A stretch of DNA of 64,000 nucleotides from the NCBI RefSeq assembly GCF_040956055.1, contig NC_090911.1, forward strand, positions 1,460,830-1,524,829, in the 5' to 3' direction. The position numbers were made by a program, and so were the translations under genes. Origin of the DNA: Brachionichthys hirsutus. Lineage: Eukaryota. The notes under the pieces are model-generated. The model had not been told where the DNA came from and did not search any database. It saw only the letters and a program-made list of their open reading frames with translations. Shown here piece after piece: positions 61,301 through 64,000 of the stretch. Every line of letters begins with the position of its first letter. Position 1 is the stretch's first letter.

Positions 61301-63629
61301 CTCTCTTGGTATCTTGGGAGACTTTCGGATTATCCCACCAAAGAATCCTCCTTTCTCCTAGCAACATGCGATTAAATTACACTCTCAGTCCAGTAACGGC
61401 TCAGCGAATCCAGTCAGATCACAGATCTCTGAGCTCACCTTTGAGTTTTCAGACAGATTATCATTACTGCCTGATAGGTTTTCACGTACAGACTGTTGGT
61501 CCTGAAGGGCAGATGAACTGGTTCAGTTGGGTAATCTACTGGATTAAAGTAATCCCACTGAAAGACTTTTCGTCACCTTGTCAGTCGGAGCTGCTTCCAC
61601 TGGCTTCGGAGACTTCCTGAACATCCCACCAAATATTCCACCTTTTTCCTGAAGCAGAAGTGCATGATTGATCACGCAGGATCACTGAGGAGGATCTAGT
61701 CTGTACGTAAACGTTACCTCTGCTCCAACACAAGGCAGAATGAAGACGCCGCTCACCTTACCGCTGCCGTTTTCAGACAGACTCTCACTGCTGGCAGACA
61801 ATTCAGCGTTAACGGTCGGATTCTCCTGAAGCACCAACAAGAAAGAAGGGATCGTTCACATGCCATGAATGCCATCAGCACTTCTGTGAGATGAGGCACG
61901 AAGCCATCTTTGAAACAGACCTGTGCAGATGCCTCATCTATTGACTTATTGGAATGTTTCTGCTCACGAGAGAATAAGCCTCTCATTTCCTGTAAATAAA
62001 AAGGCCGGGGTAATATATTAAAACATATATTTGTGATCATATTAACTCAGTAAATGCCAGTGACGTTGAAAGACGTCAATCTAAATCCAAATCTAAGGAC
62101 AAAAGACGTCAACTGGGATTGAAACTGAATTCTGACTCTCTTCGACAGCCAATGCAAAACGATAGGAACACACATTGTTTTTCCTGATGAAAGAAGAAGC
62201 TTTAATCTTTCATTTGGTCTTTGCATAGTCTAGTACCTAATATTCTGTGGGTCTCGAAAAATAGGGCAAAATTAGCTGAAAAAGGCTGGCACTGAATGAG
62301 TTAAATGAGAAAGAGCATCACATGCTAAAGATGCTGCACAAAACCACAAAATGACCTACTTGGGACTTTTCAGAACTTTTCTCTTCAGCGTCTTCTGCCT
62401 CTTCAGGATCGCTGTTTGCTCTGACCTGGAAATGGAGCGTAACAGAATGAGTTGGGGCAGGAAGGCACCAAATGTGGCACATTCAGCATCTGAACATAAG
62501 CAGAAGCACTGAAGTTACCGATTTGTCTTTGGGAGTCCTCCGGAAAATCCCAGCAATTAGATCTCCTATGTCCTGAGTAAAACAAAAAGGGGGTGAGAAC
62601 AGAAGCCCTGATGTTTAATGATAAGCTCACTTTAAAGGCAGTTCCTAAACTTCTCAATTTGATTCGATAGTCAACAGAAAATCTCTCGTCTTGCAGAAAA
62701 ATACCGTTTTCCGTTTCTGTCTGCAGAAATCTAATTTTGAAACGGACACATCTACGTTGTCGTTCCTTTTTCTCTGGCTTCGTCAGAACGGACGTTTGAA
62801 CAGAATAAAGGCCTTTAAAGTTTATTTTCTGTCTCTCTTACCTGTTTAGGTTCTGCATACTTTTCCTGCTTGTTCTTCTCTCTGGATTGTTCTCTTTCTG
62901 TGCCTGGTTTCTCCGTGCTGGCCTCGGGACTCGGTTCTCCTTTAGCCTTAGACAAAATCAGCACAGATTGGTTTCAGACAAAGAATTTAAGTCGTAAATG
63001 CTTCAGACAACTTTGCTGAGAACTGAGAACGGTCACAAATGGTGGGATATTTGGTAAAATATGAAAGTGCAGGTTTTAAAAGCTGACAGTGAGATAATCT
63101 CATGTGTCCCTGGGGGGTATTTTCTGTCTGAGAAATGAGTAGAAATGAAGGAAATGATGAAAAGACATTAAAATATCAGGGGGAAGAAACAAAAATCAAC
63201 TGGGTAGTTTAGCTGTGCTTCTTAATTACATTTCCTGTTAGTTGCTGAGAGATGAAAAGGTTCTAAAGCTGCTTCCCCAGCACATGAGAAGTGAACCGAC
63301 TTTCAAGTTGAACAGCTTTTTAACTGCGCTTTGGACAAATCCCACTCCCGGAACGAGCCCAAGCTCACATTCTGACCAGACTCAGCCCTCGTTGTGTGTA
63401 CGCGACAACGCTTCGTGGAACGATGTGAAAGTGGCGCACCAGATAGGAAGTGTCACGGACAGACCCCCATTCCTATATCTCACTTTGAATGCAGTGGTGT
63501 TATGAATCCTAGCATCAAATCCCACGTGTACAAAAAACAAAGACACACACAGACACACACCGGTTTGCTGCCTGGAGCCTGTTTGGTCAGGACAACATCA
63601 GATGTTTCTTCTTTATCACCGTCATCCAT
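55248..63629 (-). CDS. novel modular gene (span) of at least 25 tiny phase-0 exons (54-105 nt) alternating between cationic EKGG[LI]FSG[LM]FKK.PK… modules and acidic …LS.S.DSLSEN..K modules. The first coding exon is 63561-63629 (MDDGDKEETSDVVLTKQAPGSKP). The last exon starts at the 55364 acceptor.
   Basis: A regular series of minus-strand exons each has AG acceptors (…cag|GAGAAAGG…) and strong GT donors (…|gtgagc, gtaaag, gtaggt). The verified exons are listed as separate features. The family is unidentified. Confidence 0.6.
55876..55938 (-). CDS. modular gene exon, cationic module (QEKKGGFGGIFRRTPKTIDHQ)
   Basis: The acceptor is ttttctag|CAGGAGAAAAAAGG and the donor is CATCAG|gtatgg. It is 21 codons. 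Confidence 0.6.
57152..57217 (-). CDS. modular gene exon, cationic module (EKGGLFSGLIKKTAKTPALEAG)
   Basis: The acceptor is ctcatcag|GAGAAAGGTGG and the donor is GCCGGG|gtaggt. It is 22 codons. Confidence 0.65.
58572..58880 (+). mobile_element. full-length tRNA-derived SINE (about 310 bp) in an intron of the modular gene
   Basis: The element runs from a ggtggcacagtggttagcgctgttgcctcacagcaaggtcacaggttcaaatgc… tRNA-like head, through a gagtttgcatgttctccccgtgtgtgcgtgggtt… body, to a …ggataggctccagaac tail. It is the same family as the minus-strand copies at 1560-1700 and 54900-55012. Confidence 0.85.
58891..58962 (-). CDS. modular gene exon, cationic module (EKGGIFSGLFKKAPKPDEAAHPGE)
   Basis: The acceptor is tgttaag|GAGAAAGGAGG and the donor is GGAGAG|gtacaa. 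It is 24 codons. Confidence 0.65.
60050..60420. repeat. 90 bp tandem repeat, 4 units, derived from an interspersed-repeat segment (gtcctttgcatcgtcctccccaacaccagccactctcatgtcctccctcactacgtccatgtctcttctcctgggtcgtcctctagccctg)
   Basis: The 90 bp period is exact and begins after ttcggctgaggggtcgccacagc, a common teleost repeat motif. It is intronic. Confidence 0.8.
60662..60733 (-). CDS. modular gene exon, cationic module (EKGGLFSGMFKKSPKLSEDPRLEE)
   Basis: The acceptor is atcatcag|GAGAAAGGAGG and the donor is GAGGAG|gtaaag. It is 24 codons. It is followed at about 60512-60571 by an acidic-module exon (GAASLQTELSSSTDSLSENK). Confidence 0.65.
61285..61356 (-). CDS. modular gene exon, cationic module (EKGGFFGGIIRKSPKIPREEAAGK)
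   Basis: The acceptor is ttgctag|GAGAAAGGAGG and the donor is GGCAAG|gtgaaa. It is 24 codons, phase 0. Confidence 0.6.
62519..62572 (-). CDS. modular gene exon (DIGDLIAGIFRRTPKDKS), a degenerate cationic module
   Basis: The acceptor is tactcag|GACATAGG and the donor is AAATCG|gtaact. It is 18 codons. Confidence 0.55.
62842..62946 (-). CDS. modular gene exon 2 (AKGEPSPEASTEKPGTEREQSREKNKQEKYAEPKQ)
   Basis: The acceptor is tctaag|GCTAAAGG and the donor is AAACAG|gtaaga. It is 35 codons, phase 0. Confidence 0.55.
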
Positions 63630-64000
63630 CACATAACTCTAAGAGGGGGGAGAGAGAAGACCTGCAGCTGAACAGCTGCCCAAAACAGAATCCAACAAAT
63701 GTTGTAGAATTTGAATAAAGCGGGAAGATTACAAGGATCTTTTTTCCACTTCCTCTGAAATAGGTAGATCAAGCATCTGTTCGAAAATGTTCCTTAAAAA
63801 GTCAACACATTTCCTGAGGCCTCTGTTGACGGATCAAGCATGGGGCAAGCTAGCAGACAAGCAGGACTGTTACTGGTCTGTCCTCTACTGGGAGCCACTC
63901 GAGTTTGAATATTTCACATGAACACAAACGTAACTGTCTAAATCGACACAAACGTTACAGGTATGACCGCGAGTTCCCTCTTCTGCCTCCAGTAAGAACA

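Overview
This window is vertebrate nuclear DNA, almost certainly from a teleost fish. The evidence is spliced genes with GT-AG introns, abundant tRNA-derived SINEs, a LINE reverse-transcriptase fragment, microsatellites and AATAAA poly(A) signals. It is not prokaryotic, so there are no operons or CRISPR arrays.

Five genes can be supported from sequence:
- A GLIS-family Krüppel zinc-finger gene, most likely glis1, on the minus strand. Three exons are clear: 17215-18110, 12713-12874 and 8702-8815.
- An hnRNP C/RALY-family RRM gene on the plus strand (CDS 36559-40711). It has a TATA box and a non-coding exon upstream, and a roughly 450 bp MITE in intron 1.
- A DOMON-domain secreted gene, probably GPI-anchored, on the minus strand (41635-44296). 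It has an apparent +1 frameshift inside exon 4.
- An apolipoprotein-L-like gene on the minus strand (50705-54203). Its C-terminus carries a roughly 400 aa Glu/Lys/Arg-rich extension ending in His8.
- Directly upstream of the ApoL-like gene on the same strand, an unusual gene of more than 25 tiny phase-0 exons (about 55250-63629). The exons alternate between a cationic module (EKGG[LI]FSG[LM]FKK.PK) and an acidic module (.LS.S.DSLSEN..K). I could not match the encoded protein to any family I know.

The other striking structure is an approximately 10.6 kb inverted repeat (arms 15790-16765 and 24850-26435). Its arms carry a 42 bp tandem array on the outside and unique sequence rich in TGACGTCA (CRE) motifs on the inside. 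It brackets the first coding exon of the GLIS gene and resembles a foldback-type element.

Several tandem arrays (32, 45 and 90 bp units) are derived from interspersed repeats. All coordinates were derived by hand from the printed sequence; unless stated otherwise, splice boundaries are good to about ±3 nt.
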